Shown: positions 51,081 to 63,200 of the stretch, piece after piece
How positions within the stretch are numbered: position 1 is the first letter of the stretch
How the letters are laid out: the number at the start of each line of letters is the position of its first letter
From: Harriotta raleighana
Lineage: Eukaryota
NCBI GenBank assembly: GCA_050575255.1
Contig: JBNZDD010013618.1
Location: 2,356 to 66,355 of the forward strand
Direction: 5' to 3'
DNA length: 64,000 nucleotides
Notes under the pieces: generated by a model
What the model was told of the DNA's origin: nothing
What the model saw: the letters and a program-made list of their open reading frames with translations, nothing else
Databases searched by the model: none
Program-made: the position numbers and the translations under genes

Positions 51081-51810
51081 CATGAATCACGCTTGACAGA
51101 CTAAAATATCTACTGTAAAAGTGCAAGGATTATTATATCTCCTTTTGTTCTTATCCCCTGTTACTTCAAGTGTTTTTTTAAGTGAATTCTTGAAAGGGTT
51201 GAGCAAGAAGCAAACGTTGGGGCTTAGCTGGGATGTGACACAAGCAACGGTGTTCCACAGCGAAAGCAATAAATTCAACGAACCCAACCCCACACAGGAA
51301 TGAAAGGGCAACAAGGTAATAAAAAGCCTCCAAAAATTCCACTTTGATTCAATTCCCAGTCTGTGCTGCAATCATATTTTAGCACTTTGGACATAACTAG
51401 CTTTATAGCAGCCTGAGGCTAGGACAGCGAGAATCAGGTGGCTTACTGTTCCCAGGTACTATTGACCAGTTACTGGAAAATGCATGTGTGGAATTGAGAT
51501 AAGAGTCAGTTTACGTTCAGCTGTGATCCTACAACAGCTTGTATGATTGCATGGTTCCTGGCTGCTCTCCAGTAACCTCATCCATGTGGACATTCGTCAC
51601 ATGTGAGCTTACAGAGTGGTCTCCATGGTTATTGGACCGTGAAGGACATCAGTGTCCAGAATCACACGTGAATATCCACATGGATGAAATCCTAGAGAGC
51701 AGCCAGAAACATATTCCACCTTGATCGCTTTGAGTCAGCGCTTTCAGGAGTGTAGAGGCGAACATTTAAACATTAAAATACTTCAAAATTGATAAATGGG
51801 TTGGACTTAC

Positions 51811-51874
51811 CATGTCCCCATAGTTGTAAGTAGAAATCCTCCGATACTAAAGTGAAAGGATCGCTTCACTCTGC
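51811..51874 (-). CDS. COX20: COX20 exon 3
   Basis: CATAG|GC; (S)RVKRSFHFSIGGFLLTTMGT(W); TG|GTAAGT; 64 nt, phases fit. Confidence 0.93.
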
Positions 51875-52199
51875 CTATGGGAAGGGGAGCGGAAGCCAAA
51901 AATGGATTTCATTTTTTTCAAAAACTCTTAAATTACAAATACAAGCTAGAAATCTATGAAGCTATTTGCCAGTTGTTGCCTACTTGTGGTATTCCTCAGT
52001 TTTAACATTTCTAAACTTCACATCCTTGCTGCGTTTTGCCCCAAAATACACAGTTTTACAATACATTTGTAAAACAGAGTTACACAGAATTATAATAGAT
52101 TCTGTGAAGTGCTTTGAGACGTCTCAATGACGGTGCTGTATCTATAGTTATCCAATCTGACCCAAGAATTCCAACACTCGTCAGTGCTGGTTCACAAGT

Positions 52200-52791
52200 A
52201 AGTAAAAGCCCGTTTATCCGTGACTTGATCAACCAGAACTTCCGTATAACCCCAGCACATCAAAAAAAAAGTCCCCATCCGATTAACCGGAAGTCATCCA
52301 GCACAATAGTGGTGGCGCATTTAATGAATTGATTGTCGCACGAGAGTACTGAACAGGTATTTCAGCTTGCCACTAGTAGAGCCTTAAAGTCACGCTGCTG
52401 TTTTTTTTCCTCCCGTAATGGCTGCCATTGCAGAAGTTATGTATAAATAATACAATATTCTGTTATTACAGTATCTGTTATTACTGTATTTAGTTTCTTA
52501 TTTAAATGGTACAGCATACAACATTTACAATGAAGTACCAATACAATATTCCATTATTATAGTATCTGTTATTACTGTATTTAGTCTTTTTTTGTACGGT
52601 ACAGTGTACAAAATTTACAATAAAGTACCCATACAATATTCTGTTATTATCTGTTATTATTTAGTCTATTATTAATATGGTATATGTTAAAATAACCTAA
52701 TTTTTTTAATGTTGGGTTTTCGGCGTCAGATCCAACCGTTTAACCGGCATTGGCCAGGTCCCACCAGTGCCGGATAAACAAGCTTTTACTA
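52200..52791 (-). mobile_element. Tc1/mariner-type MITE, copy 4
   Basis: AGTAAAAGCCCGTTTATCCG ... CGGATAAACAAGCTTTTACTA|TA; internal AT-rich unit of ~80 nt present three times. Confidence 0.85.
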
Positions 52792-53462
52792 TAACAACAA
52801 CAACAATATTACATTTTGTTGGGAGGACGTCCCAAGCAGTAATAACCCAATTGGCTGCCGCATTTCATCCACAAAATACATTCAATCCACTTTCAATGGA
52901 TCTGTCAATACAAGCCTATAGCGCTTTAACATGTTGTTGAGTTGTCTCCAAGCGCTTCACAGAATACATTCTAAAGACTTGAATTTTCTGGACGAAACGT
53001 GGCAGCTGATAGCACACGGCAACAAGCAGATTATGTGAACAAATTATTATTTGAAACACTTGAAAGTGAAACTTACTGTAGGGCTCAAAACAAAACCAGG
53101 TTACGGTGTGATAAGGCTTGGGGACCCCAGTCTATGTGTTGGGGTACTAATCAAGTTAAAACCACATAGCCTGCCTGGAAAAAATTTCTGCTACTAACTC
53201 CAGCTCCAGGTAGGACCAACCTACCCATTAGGGCTTTCATTTGGAGCTGAGAGGGAAGACTGGCATACTATGCCCCTTAAAGTCCTGCTGATGAGCAGTC
53301 TGTGGCTTGGAGGATCGCAGATCGGGAGCCAGGCTAGCACGGTGGGTTGGCCCATCTCTGACATTCCATCACTAAGCAAGTCAACCCTGTGAAGATGGTC
53401 ATACAATACTGTCAATGCTACAAAATGTCATTTTGTCAAAGACTGAAATACTTCGGTGAATG

Positions 53463-53616
53463 CTTATTTATTTATTATTATTTATTTTATTTATTATATA
53501 TATATAGCGCCTTTCATGTCAGGAGGACGTCCCAAGGCGCTGTACAGTCAAGTGGGGGGAGGGGTCGAGGGAAGAAAAGAAGGAAAATACTGACTGTATA
53601 TTTGTGGGCGAAATGC
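53463..53616 (-). mobile_element. Young short retroposon (SINE body end, spacer, L2 tail, AAAT tail)
   Basis: Near-identical reverse complement of the insert at 6451-6580. Confidence 0.88.
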
Positions 53617-53624
53617 TTACTTAC

Positions 53625-53739
53625 TTGTCAACAAGAAGTGACCGAGTCCAGCTACAATGGCCCCAACTGATCCATAGAGAACAGACTCGCGCGCACAGGG
53701 AGTGTTCTGAACATCCAAGATTCCCAGCAGTTTGAACGA
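53625..53739 (-). CDS. COX20: COX20 exon 2
   Basis: CTAG|TCG; SFKLLGILDVQNTPCARESVLYGSVGAIVAGLGHFLLT; A|GTAAGT; the KLLGxLDVxNTPCAR signature of COX20. Confidence 0.96.
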
Positions 53740-54037
53740 CTAGAAACACAAACGTGTTAGTACTTTCTTAGAAACCAACCCGAAGGAGAAACTCCAATTC
53801 TACACAAAATCTTGCAATCAGCGAGAAGCAGCAGTTTGTCAGGTCAATGGATCACTTCAATGACAAAATAAACAGGGCCAGGGAGGTGAGGCCGGAGTAC
53901 AGAGGGTGAGGGCAGGTGGTGATTTGTGGCTGAGACTCTGGATGAGGGTGTCTGGGGCTCAGAGCGAATGTGTCTGTGGGAATCACTGCGTCTGTTTATG
54001 GAGAGGGTGAAGGTGTCTGTTGGCTCAGTGACTCAGG

Positions 54038-55024
54038 ATGTCAGTGTCTATGGCTGTGCTCAGGGTGTCAGTGCTCAGGGTGTCTGGGTGTCAGTGCTCA
54101 GGGTGTCAGTGCTCAGGGTGTCTGGGTGTCAGTGCTCAGGGTGTCTGTGCTCAGGGTGTCTGGGTGTCTGTGCTCAGGGTGTCAGTGCTCAGGGTGNNNN
54201 NNNNNNNNNNNNNNNNNNNNNNNNNNNNNNNNNNNNNNNNNNNNNNNNNNNNNNNNNNNNNNNNNNNNNNNNNNNNNNNNNNNNNNNNNNNNNNNNNNNN
54301 NNNNNNNNNNNNNNNNNNNNNNNNNNNNNNNNNNNNNNNNNNNNNNNNNNNNNNNNNNNNNNNNNNNNNNNNNNNNNNNNNNNNNNNNNNNNNNNNNNNN
54401 NNNNNNNNNNNNNNNNNNNNNNNNNNNNNNNNNNNNNNNNNNNNNNNNNNNNNNNNNNNNNNNNNNNNNNNNNNNNNNNNNNNNNNNNNNNNNNNNNNNN
54501 NNNNNNNNNNNNNNNNNNNNNNNNNNNNNNNNNNNNNNNNNNNNNNNNNNNNNNNNNNNNNNNNNNNNNNNNNNNNNNNNNNNNNNNNNNNNNNNNNNNN
54601 NNNNNNNNNNNNNNNNNNNNNNNNNNNNNNNNNNNNNNNNNNNNNNNNNNNNNNNNNNNNNNNNNNNNNNNNNNNNNNNNNNNNNNNNNNNNNNNNNNNN
54701 NNNNNNNNNNNNNNNNNNNNNNNNNNNNNNNNNNNNNNNNNNNNNNNNNNNNNNNNNNNNNNNNNNNNNNNNNNNNNNNNNNNNNNNNNNNNNNNNNNNN
54801 NNNNNNNNNNNNNNNNNNNNNNNNNNNNNNNNNNNNNNNNNNNNNNNNNNNNNNNNNNNNNNNNNNNNNNNNNNNNNNNNNNNNNNNNNNNNNNNNNNNN
54901 NNNNNNNNNNNNNNNNNNNNNNNNNNNNNNNNNNNNNNNNNNNNNNGGGTGTCAGTGCTCAGGGTGTCTGTGCTCAGGGTGTCAGGGTGTCAGTGCTCAG
55001 GGTGTCTGTGCTCAGGGTGTCTGT
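54038..55024. repeat. Minisatellite (GTGTCAGTGCTCAGG / GTGTCTGG) spanning an assembly gap, in COX20 intron 1
   Basis: The same 15-nt unit is present on both sides of ~750 N. Confidence 0.9.
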
Positions 55025-55098
55025 TTATACAGTATTGAGGTACACTGACTGACACGGTGTTGAGGTATTATGATGTAATGATACAGTGAGTGCTGTAC

Positions 55099-55131
55099 CT
55101 TGGGTTTCTCCCCGTCACTCTCGGTTGCCAT
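55099..55131 (-). CDS. COX20: COX20 exon 1, coding part
   Basis: GTCATGG Kozak context; MATESDGEKPK; AAG|GTACAG phase 0; lies in a small CpG island. Total CDS is 366 nt = 121 aa. Confidence 0.88.
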
Positions 55132-55139
55132 GACGGCCC

Positions 55140-55260
55140 CGCGGTCACAATCACCCCCTCCTCGAGGGCCGCGGCTCCAACACTTCCGCGCACGCGCAAT
55201 AGGTAAACGAGGAGAACATGCCGCTCGGTACAGGAAGTGGAGTCAGGTCACATGACCAGC
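55140..55260 (-). promoter_or_regulatory. COX20: COX20 proximal promoter: ETS/GABP, NRF1 and E-box motifs
   Basis: CACTTCCG 55181-55188; CGCGCACGCGCA 55187-55198 (fits NRF1 consensus YGCGCAYGCGCR); CAGGAAGTG 55231-55239; GGTCACATGACC 55246-55257. Confidence 0.7.
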
Positions 55261-55274
55261 ACCCCGCCGGTTGT

Positions 55275-55455
55275 AGTGTATCACATGACCTGGCCCTCAC
55301 CCAGCGGGTCAGTGTATCACATGACCTGGCCCTCACCCAGCGGGTCAGTGTATCACATGACCTAGCCCTCACCCAGAGCGTCAGTGTATCACATGACCTG
55401 GCCCTCACCCAGAGGGTCAGTGTATCACATGACCTGGCCCTCACCCAGTGGGTCA
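55275..55455. repeat. 36-bp tandem repeat x5
   Basis: Unit AGTGTATCACATGACCTGGCCCTCACCCAGCGGGTC; TCACATGA at 55281, 55317, 55353, 55389 and 55425. Confidence 0.95.
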
Positions 55456-55536
55456 CAGTGTGTGGAGGGAGGGATTATGTATGTCTGTGAGTTAGAAAAT
55501 AGACACTGACAACAGTCAACAGCTTATATTTATATG

Positions 55537-56190
55537 CAACAACGTCAACAAAATTACATTTGTTTGTTGCCTTTCAGGTCAGGAGGGCGACCCCAAGGCG
55601 CTGGACAGTCAGTGTTTCAGACCCGAGCTGGGGACGAGATCGGGGAGGGTTGAGGGAAAGGGGGGGATTCTGGGGTGACCGATGGGACCGTCGTAAGAGG
55701 AGGGTCTTGAGGTGGGACTTGAAGGAGGTCAGGGAGGGGACGAGGTGGAGGGACTGCGGGACGGAGGTCCAGAGGTCAGGGGCAGGGTGGCTGAACGCTT
55801 ACCTGCCAGTAGTGGGGCAGGTGGGCTGGAGCCTACTGAGCGGAGGGATCCAGCAGGTTGGTAGGGGGTTAGAAGGTCGCAAAGGTAGGGTGGGGCAAGG
55901 CCATGGAGGGCTTTGAAGGTGGGGAGCCAATGGAGTCAGGTGAGAAAATGGGGGTGATAAATTCTAGAGGACACGGGACACAGGAGTTCTGGATGATCCG
56001 CAGCCTATGGAGGAAGGAATTGGGAAGGCTGACAAGTTGGCGTAGATGGGCCTGGATGTGACGAATGAGGGTTTCAGTGGCCTGAGGGGTGAGGTAGTGG
56101 CGGAGTCGGGCAATATTGCGGACGTGAAGGATGCAGTGTGGGTCATGTCTTGGATGTCTCGGGAGGAAAGACAATTGAGGACAGCGTGCT
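55537..56190 (-). mobile_element. L2 LINE 3' portion
   Basis: HVRNIARLRHYLTPQATETLI remnant plus reverse tail. Confidence 0.88.
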
Positions 56191-57234
56191 TCCCATGAGT
56201 AGAGTCTAGGAGAGTTTGTATAATTGCATTGATAGCAGTCAGCAGCACAGGTTGCAATGTAACAAAGCTGTAGAATGGGAACCCTTGTTCAGCTTGTCAC
56301 TTTTTCTTTGCCAAATATCTCACAAACAACAATAACTTGTATTTATATAGCGCCCTACACGTGAGCTTGCGTTCAGGAACTCTTCCAAACAGCCATGAAA
56401 TGAATGACCAATTATAGTTGGGGAGATTGTTGGCAGAAACTTGCTTCTGTCACTTAGATGGTGATTGTGTAACTACACAAAACAATCCGGTATTTATCCT
56501 TTGGTTCTTTTAATTTAGATTTCTAATGTTCTTGTACTTATTGGTAAGCCAAAACAAGATAACGCCCACAAATATACAGTCAATTCACTTAACTGTATAT
56601 TCTGTGAAGACAGGATGTCTTTGAGACATCGATAAGACATGAAAAGCGCGATATCAAATGCAAGGATTATTATTATAAAGCACAGAATTTCGACTCATGC
56701 ATTTGCATCTATAGTACACCAATTGCACCAGGAGAGGGCATCAATCTTGGTTACAAAAGGAATTGTAGTCTGGTTTTGAAACTGCTGTGCGTGATTGGCT
56801 CCCAAGTTTCGCCCACAAATATACAGTCAGTTCACTTTACAGTATATTCTGTGAAGCGTTTTGAGACGTCTTGAAGACATGATAAAGACGCTACATCAAA
56901 CGCAAGGATTATTATTTACAGTGAGTCAACTGGTTGCTTTTGCAAATGCTTCTTTATAATGGATATAATAATTGCTTGCTTTTGGCATAGTAGCTGAAAC
57001 CCTCATCCATGTCTCATTCCATCACACTGAGCCAGGCTCCACTAGGTACCAATTACCGATCAATTTCAAGATCCTCTCACTTGTTTACAAATCCCTTCAT
57101 GTCCTCACATCTCCCTACCTATTATAATAATAATATTAATAACACTTGCATTTGATATGGCGCTTTTCACATCTTCTAGACATCTCAAAGTGTTTCACAG
57201 AATATACTGTAAAGTGAATTGACTGTATGTGGGC

Positions 57235-57700
57235 AAAATACTTATTTAGCAAGTCAGCCATTTCTTTATTTTCCGTTATAGTCTCACCTGTATCTGTCTT
57301 TAACAGACCCACGTTTACCTTTACCATTCTCTTTCTCTTGATACATTTATAAAAGCTCTTACTATTGGTTTTAATATCATTTGCAAGTTTTTGTTCATAC
57401 TCCCTTTTTGCTCCCTTTTATTACTTTCTTTGTCTCCCTTTGTTGCCTTTTGTGTGGTTCTCCCAGGCCTCTGTATTCCCACTTTCTCTTGCATTTGAGT
57501 AAGCTTTTTCTTTTAGCTCGATAGACTGCCTCACCACTTTTGTCCACCATAGTTGCTAAACTACACGATTGGAGCTTTTGCATTTTAGGGGTATATACTT
57601 GTTCTGTATAGTATCAAGTAATTTTTGAATACATCCCATTGCTCATCTGTAGGTTTACCCACTAACAATTTCAGCCCAGTGGTCAATATGTTTCTCAACC
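57235..57700 (-). mobile_element. CR1 LINE ORF2 fragment
   Basis: KVNVGLLKTDTGETITENKEMADLLNKYF, typical of the CR1 ORF2 linker region. Confidence 0.8.
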
Positions 57701-58169
57701 CATCCCAGTTTGCCTTCCGTAAATTTCACACCTTGGAATTTCACTACCTGAGGATGGGACGTCTTCCCGACGTGAAAGGCGCTATATAAATGTCATTTTG
57801 GTTGATTGATTGATGATTGAAGGAGGTTGAGGGAGGGAGTTCAAGGGTTTCAGGGCACAGTGGCTGAAAGCGTGGCGGCCGATTGTGGAGGATGAGGGGA
57901 ACAATCGTAAGATGCAGCCCCCTTTTTGGCTATTTGTCAGACACCCCGTGAAGCAGTCTGAGAAGTTCTGATAACGTAATTATGCACCATATCAAATGTA
58001 AAGTTTATTATTATTATCAAAGAACTCTATTAAAATATTAAAATTCTCAAGCAAGATATGCCTTAACAACTATTGCCTTTAGCTATTTCCTTTTATCTTC
58101 TACCATCAATACGTCTAATCTAATCATCTTGTGTCCGCCATCTAAAAATGTTTCCTTTGTCTTTCTCTA

Positions 58170-58492
58170 CCTCCACGTCCCCTGACCTACCCGCCCAACC
58201 ATTGGCAGGCGAGCCTTCAGTCACTCTGTCCCCAACCTCTGAAACTCTGGAACTCCATCCCGAAGTCCCTCCGCTTCGCCCCTTCCCTGGCTTCCTGCAA
58301 GTCTCGCCTCAAGACTCTCCTCTCCGATGGACCCATTGGCATCTCCTTATCCCTCACTTCACCGCGCCCGCACTCCCTCCCCCCCCCCCACCCCTGTCCT
58401 CACTCGGGTCTGAAGCAGTAGCTGTCCAGTGCCTTGGGACGTCCTCCAGACGTGAAAGGCTCTGTACAAATGTAATTTTGTTGTTGTTGTTT
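58170..58492 (+). mobile_element. L2 LINE 3' end
   Basis: Tail CCTTGGGACGTCCTCCAGACGTGAAAGGCTCTGTACAAATGTAATTTTGTTGTTG. Confidence 0.87.
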
Positions 58493-58838
58493 ACCTGGCT
58501 CTTTGCTTGTCCTTCTAATCTGCTCCTTTCCAACATCTCCCAGTTCTGCCGAAAGGTCATCAACTTGAAACATTAAATCATTTTGCTCTCTCCATGGATG
58601 CTACCTGACCTGTGTGTTCCCAATGACTTCTGTATATAAACCACAGCATTTACAGTACTGTATCTTTTATTTTATGCCTTTAATAACTCTGTGTCTTTAA
58701 TTCTCCAACATCTTTTTCACTATCTCTGCTATCCTCGATAATCCGGCACCTGGAAGAAGGATACCATTCAGCGTTCACAGTTTCAGTTACAAATGCTTCT
58801 GTCTACTCTCCTGACTGAGCTACAGAACTCTTGATTAT

Positions 58839-59192
58839 GGAGTCCTGCAGCTCAGTGGTTAGAGCACTCGTGTTGCAAGCGAGAGACGTGGGTTCAATTC
58901 CCAGCAGAGCAAAGTGCTGGGCAAGTTTCATTACTACAAATGCTTCTGTTTACCCAGCAGTAAGCAGGAACCCAGCTCTTACTTGATTGGTGAATTACTT
59001 TTCTGGGGATAATAATAATTACTTAAAAAACATTGGGTCACTTCAGTCCGCAATGGTCTGTGGGACACTGCTGTCACACACATTTTGCCCAAAATATACG
59101 GTCAATTTTGCTTTACAGTGCATTCTGTGAAGCGCTTTGAGGCGTCTCGAAGACTTGATGAGGTGCTATATCGAATACAAGGATTATTTATT
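58839..59192 (+). mobile_element. tRNA-derived SINE, variant with a longer body
   Basis: Head with GGTTCAATTCC, extra CTGTTTACCCAGCAGTAAGCAGGAACCC segment, usual tail. Confidence 0.8.
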
Positions 59193-59809
59193 GTTTATGG
59201 AATCCGTATCACTACTGTGTTTCTGGACTTCACTTCCCCACAGCTGGCATACACATGCTCCACAATGCCATGGCATTTCCTATTGTCGTCCACCATTTAT
59301 GTGTTGTCCTTACTCACTAAATTTATAATAATTAGTAATAAGTGCTCCGAGACCCAATCTCGCTTGGAGATCGCTATATAGATAGAACTTGTTCTTACCG
59401 TAAATTAATTTGTAAATGTTTAACGCGAAATGGTTGTGGTTCATCAGAGTCTGAACCCCAAAATGACACTGTGCTTTAGAAATCTGTTGCACCATCACAG
59501 ATAAGTGACGAAAGCACCTGTAGATGACAGATGTCAATGTCAGAGTGAGAATTGGAAGGTTAATGTTCTCAAATAATTCTAAAATGTGTTCATTTAAAGT
59601 GGCACAGTGCACAGGCTAATGGCCTGAAGATCCAACCTAATAAGTGTTCCAGTTCATATTGTTGCTGAAGCATTCATTAAACCTAAATCAATGCAGTACG
59701 TGACTGAAACTGCCTAAAATCAAATAACTGCAAGGTGGAACACCTCCATTTCCACTCTCTGCAAAGCAGCCACTGGAAAGAAGGCATTTAGTGAATGGGG
59801 TGGGAAATA

Positions 59810-60420
59810 TCTCTGTAACACTGCCCGACTCTGCCAGTACCTCACCTGACAAGCTGCTCTTATTCGTGCCTTCACCACATACAGGCTCGACTATGCCAAA
59901 GCCCTGATTGTCGTTCTTCCCAATTCCAACCTCCATAAGCCGTAGATCACCCAGAACTCTGCAGCCCCTGTCCTCTCCCGCACCAAGCTCTGGGATCCTA
60001 ACTCCTCTATTCTCGTATGACTCCATTGGCTTGCCATCATCCAGAGGATTCATTTCAAGATCCTGGTCCTCACCTTTAAAGCCCCCGATGTCCTTGCTCC
60101 ACCCTACCACTGCGACCCCCTAACCCCCTACCAATGTGTCCACCCCCTTCGCTCAGTGGGCTCTGGCCTGCTCCATGTCCCCCGACTCACCCGACCCACC
60201 AATCGCAATCCCTCTGTATCGCCACCTCCCTAGCCTCCTTCAAGTCAACAACAACTTTGATTTATATAGCACCCTCCACACAGGATGGCGTCTCAGAGCG
60301 CTTGACTTCAAGTCCCACATCAAGACCCTCCTCTTTGACTGTGCCATCAGTCACCCCCCACTTCCCCCCCACTTCCCTCCACCCTCCCCATTCCCAACCT
60401 CAAATCAGATGTCATAGTTG
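59810..60420 (+). mobile_element. Degenerate L2 3' portion
   Basis: AFTT.RLDY.K, LHWL, FKILVL remnants. Confidence 0.75.
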
Positions 60421-60608
60421 ACAAATGTAGCCTCCCACCTCCGCCACCCCAGCTGTGATCAGCTCTCTGACAATGAAACCCAGATCTTTCAGTTTCTATG
60501 TTACTGGCTTAGCTGAAACATGTATTTTATCTCTCCCTTCCCCACCACCCCCCACTCCCCGGTATGGGTTGATTTTTAATTTGTGATCCTGGGGAAAACT
60601 TTTAATTA

Positions 60609-60870
60609 GGAGCTCCTGTAGCTCAGTGGTTAGAGCACTCGCCTTACAAGTGTGAGACCTGTGTGTGAATCCAGGGAGATCAAGGTGAAACCTTGGACAA
60701 GTTTCCTCACTCACTCCACATACCTAATAATAATCCGTCCAAAAAAACCACTAGAATAAAATTAGTCATTTCAATCCACGACTGTTTGTGGGGACTCTGC
60801 TGTGCGCAATTGGCTGCCGCGTTTTGGCCACAAATATACAGTCAATTCACTTTGCAGTATATTCAGTATA
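60609..60870 (+). mobile_element. tRNA-derived SINE (3' truncated by the adjacent LINE)
   Basis: GGAGCTCCTGTAGCTCAGTGGTTAGAGCACTCGCCTTACAAG head. Confidence 0.9.
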
Positions 60871-60889
60871 ATCAAGGGAATCCACTCTG

Positions 60890-62615
60890 CGGTCACTGTC
60901 CCTCCAACTTACACCTCCTCCTCACCTCCCCCCCACACCTTGTCTCCTACCCATCCCTGCTTTTATACCTTCGATCCCATCTCCCCATCTGCTGTCACAA
61001 AAACCATCTCCTCAATGAATCCCACCACATGCTCCCTAGATCCCATCCCAACCCCTCTCATTACCACCCAGCTCCCTTTTAGCCCCACTAATTGCCGACA
61101 CCATTAACCTGTCCCTTTCATCCGCACCATTCCCACTCCCCTCAAAACCGCCACTATCATCACCATCCTAAAAAAAATGACCCTTGATGTGTCACAGCTC
61201 TCAAGATACTGGCCCATCTCCAACCTCCCTTTCCCAGGTCCTCGAAAGAGTGGTTGTCTCCCAGCTATGCTCTTTCCTCTCAACCTACTCACTTTTCAAA
61301 CCCCTCCAATCAGGTTTCCGCGTTTCCCACAGCACGGAAACTGCTTTAGTCAAGGTCACAAATTACAGTATATCTTGACCATCTGTGACCAGGGCTCCCT
61401 CTGCCTCCTCGTCCTCTTTGATCTGTCCACCACAGTGGACCACGCAATCCTCCTCCACCGCCTCTCTTCCCTCCTCAACCTTCAAGGCTCTGTACTTGAT
61501 TGATCTATATCACTCCCACCGCCTTCACTTCGTCTCCTCCAATCGCTTTTCCTCCAGTCCCTGCACAGTCACATGTGGCGTTCCCCAGGGCTCTGTCCTT
61601 GGCCCCCTGCTCTTCACCCTCTATATGCTTGCCCTGGATGACATCATCTGCAGACATGGGGTAAATTTCCACATGTTTGCGGATGACACCCAACTCTACC
61701 TCCCCGCCTCCTCCCTCGACTCCAGGACTACTGGCGTTCTGACTGCGTGTCTGACCAACATTGAGTCCTGGATGAGGGACAATTTCCTTTAACATAACAT
61801 CAACAAGACGGAGGCCCTCCTGATCAGCTTGAGCTAGTGCTTCCACACCTCAGGCGCTGACAACATCAGCATTCAAAGCTGCTCTCTTCACCTCTCGAAG
61901 CCAGTCAGGATTCTGGGCATGTCGTTTGACCCCGAACTGTCCTTCCTCTCTCATATCCGCGCCTTGACTGGTACAACCTTCCATCACCTCCGTAACATCG
62001 CCAGACTCTGCCACTACCTCCCCCCAATGCTGCTGACACACTCATCCACGCATTCATTTAGGCTCGATTATGGGAACTCTCTCCTCGTCGGGCTTCCCAG
62101 CTCCTCCCTTCACAAGCTGCAGATTATTCAGAGCTCTGCAGCTTGTGTACTCTCCCGCACTAGTCTCCGGTACCACATCACTCCCACCCTTGCCCATTTC
62201 CACTGGCTCCCCATCCCCCAGAGCATCAAATTCAAGATCCTCATCCTCACCTTCAAGGCCATTCATGGTCTTGCCCACGCCTATCTCTCTGACCTGCTGT
62301 CTCCCTATCAGCCTGCCTGAGTCCCCTCCGTTCAGCAGGCTCTGGTCTTTCCTCCTTCAAGGCTGGTCTTAAGACCTCGTGCCTTCTGCTCCCCTCTTAT
62401 CCCTTCCCACTCTCCTTCTCTCCTTCCCCCTACTCCGACCCCCTCGCCCCTGCTCAGGTCCCGACCTGATTGTTCAGCGCCTTGGGACATCCTCCCGATG
62501 TGAAAGGCGCTCTATAAATATAATTTTGTTGTGGTTGTTGATGTACTCTGTGAAGCGCTTTGAGACGTCGATAAGATGTGAAAAGCGCTGCATCAAAAGC
62601 AAGGATTATTCTTAT
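60890..62615 (+). mobile_element. L2 LINE, ~1.7 kb, frameshifted RT, with L2 tail followed by SINE tail
   Basis: YWPISNLPF, QSGFRVSHSTETALVKV, GVPQGSVLGPLLFTLYM, FHMFADDTQLYL, RLDYGNSLL. Confidence 0.95.
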
Positions 62616-63104
62616 TCTTACCGACTCACTTTGGCTGGCGGCTTAAAACAAAAATGAACAATACATATCAGACAGAGAGAAATAAACTATTCTTAAAGCT
62701 GGCTAGAAATAACACAATAAAAGAGTGGGGCCAAATGCTCTGAGCTTTAAAGCTTTGTGTCTCTGGGCTCAGTAATTAACACATTACCAATTCAGCACCA
62801 GAACTCTGGTATATTGTATACCCTGGTGCCTCAGCTGCCTGCATTTGACTGGTAAGGGAACAAGTCTGTTTTCATATGGAACAGAACCAACTGCAGATTG
62901 ATAGAGGGAGAGAGAGTGAGCGAGTTGCAGTGTTGAGTAGCAAGGCGATCAGTTGCACAGACTCCCACACTGTGTGTGCAAGCAAAAAAAAAGCACATCA
63001 AAGCAGACCTCTGCGACATTTTCTCTTTCTCCTCTTGCTTGGGTGGAAGGGCATTTTTTTTTCTCTCTCTGCCCTGAAAATTTGTCAGTTGTCAGTTTTC
63101 CAGG

Positions 63105-63200
63105 ATGGATATCGGGAGAAGGTTGAACAGGATGGAGACTTTTACCTTCATCAACCCCTGGATAAAATACTGTCTCTTCTTCTTCAGTTTCCTCTTCTGG
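63105..63200 (+). CDS. First coding exon of a tetraspanin, TspanC8 subgroup (TSPAN33-like); gene continues beyond the window
   Basis: AGGATGG Kozak; MDIGRRLNRMETFTFINPWIKYCLFFFSFLFW then TGG|GTAAGC. Resembles TSPAN33 FSFVSPLVKYLLFFFNMLFW, with the phase-0 intron after the TM1 tryptophan. Confidence 0.82.

Noticed and set aside
53926-55052. 336-370 aa ORFs
   Set aside because: Artefacts of a minisatellite plus ~750 N.
55275-55455. CRISPR-like 36-bp repeats
   Set aside because: Units are directly adjacent with no unique spacers, in a vertebrate locus with no cas genes.
60609-60680. tRNA genes at SINE heads (also 473, 26385, 35904, 37507, 47830, 58839)
   Set aside because: A and B boxes are present, but there is no acceptor stem or terminator, and each runs into the SINE body.
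41227-62372. Many 60-200 aa ORFs as independent genes
   Set aside because: They are frames or antisense frames of L2, CR1 and SINE remnants; no intact autonomous element is present.
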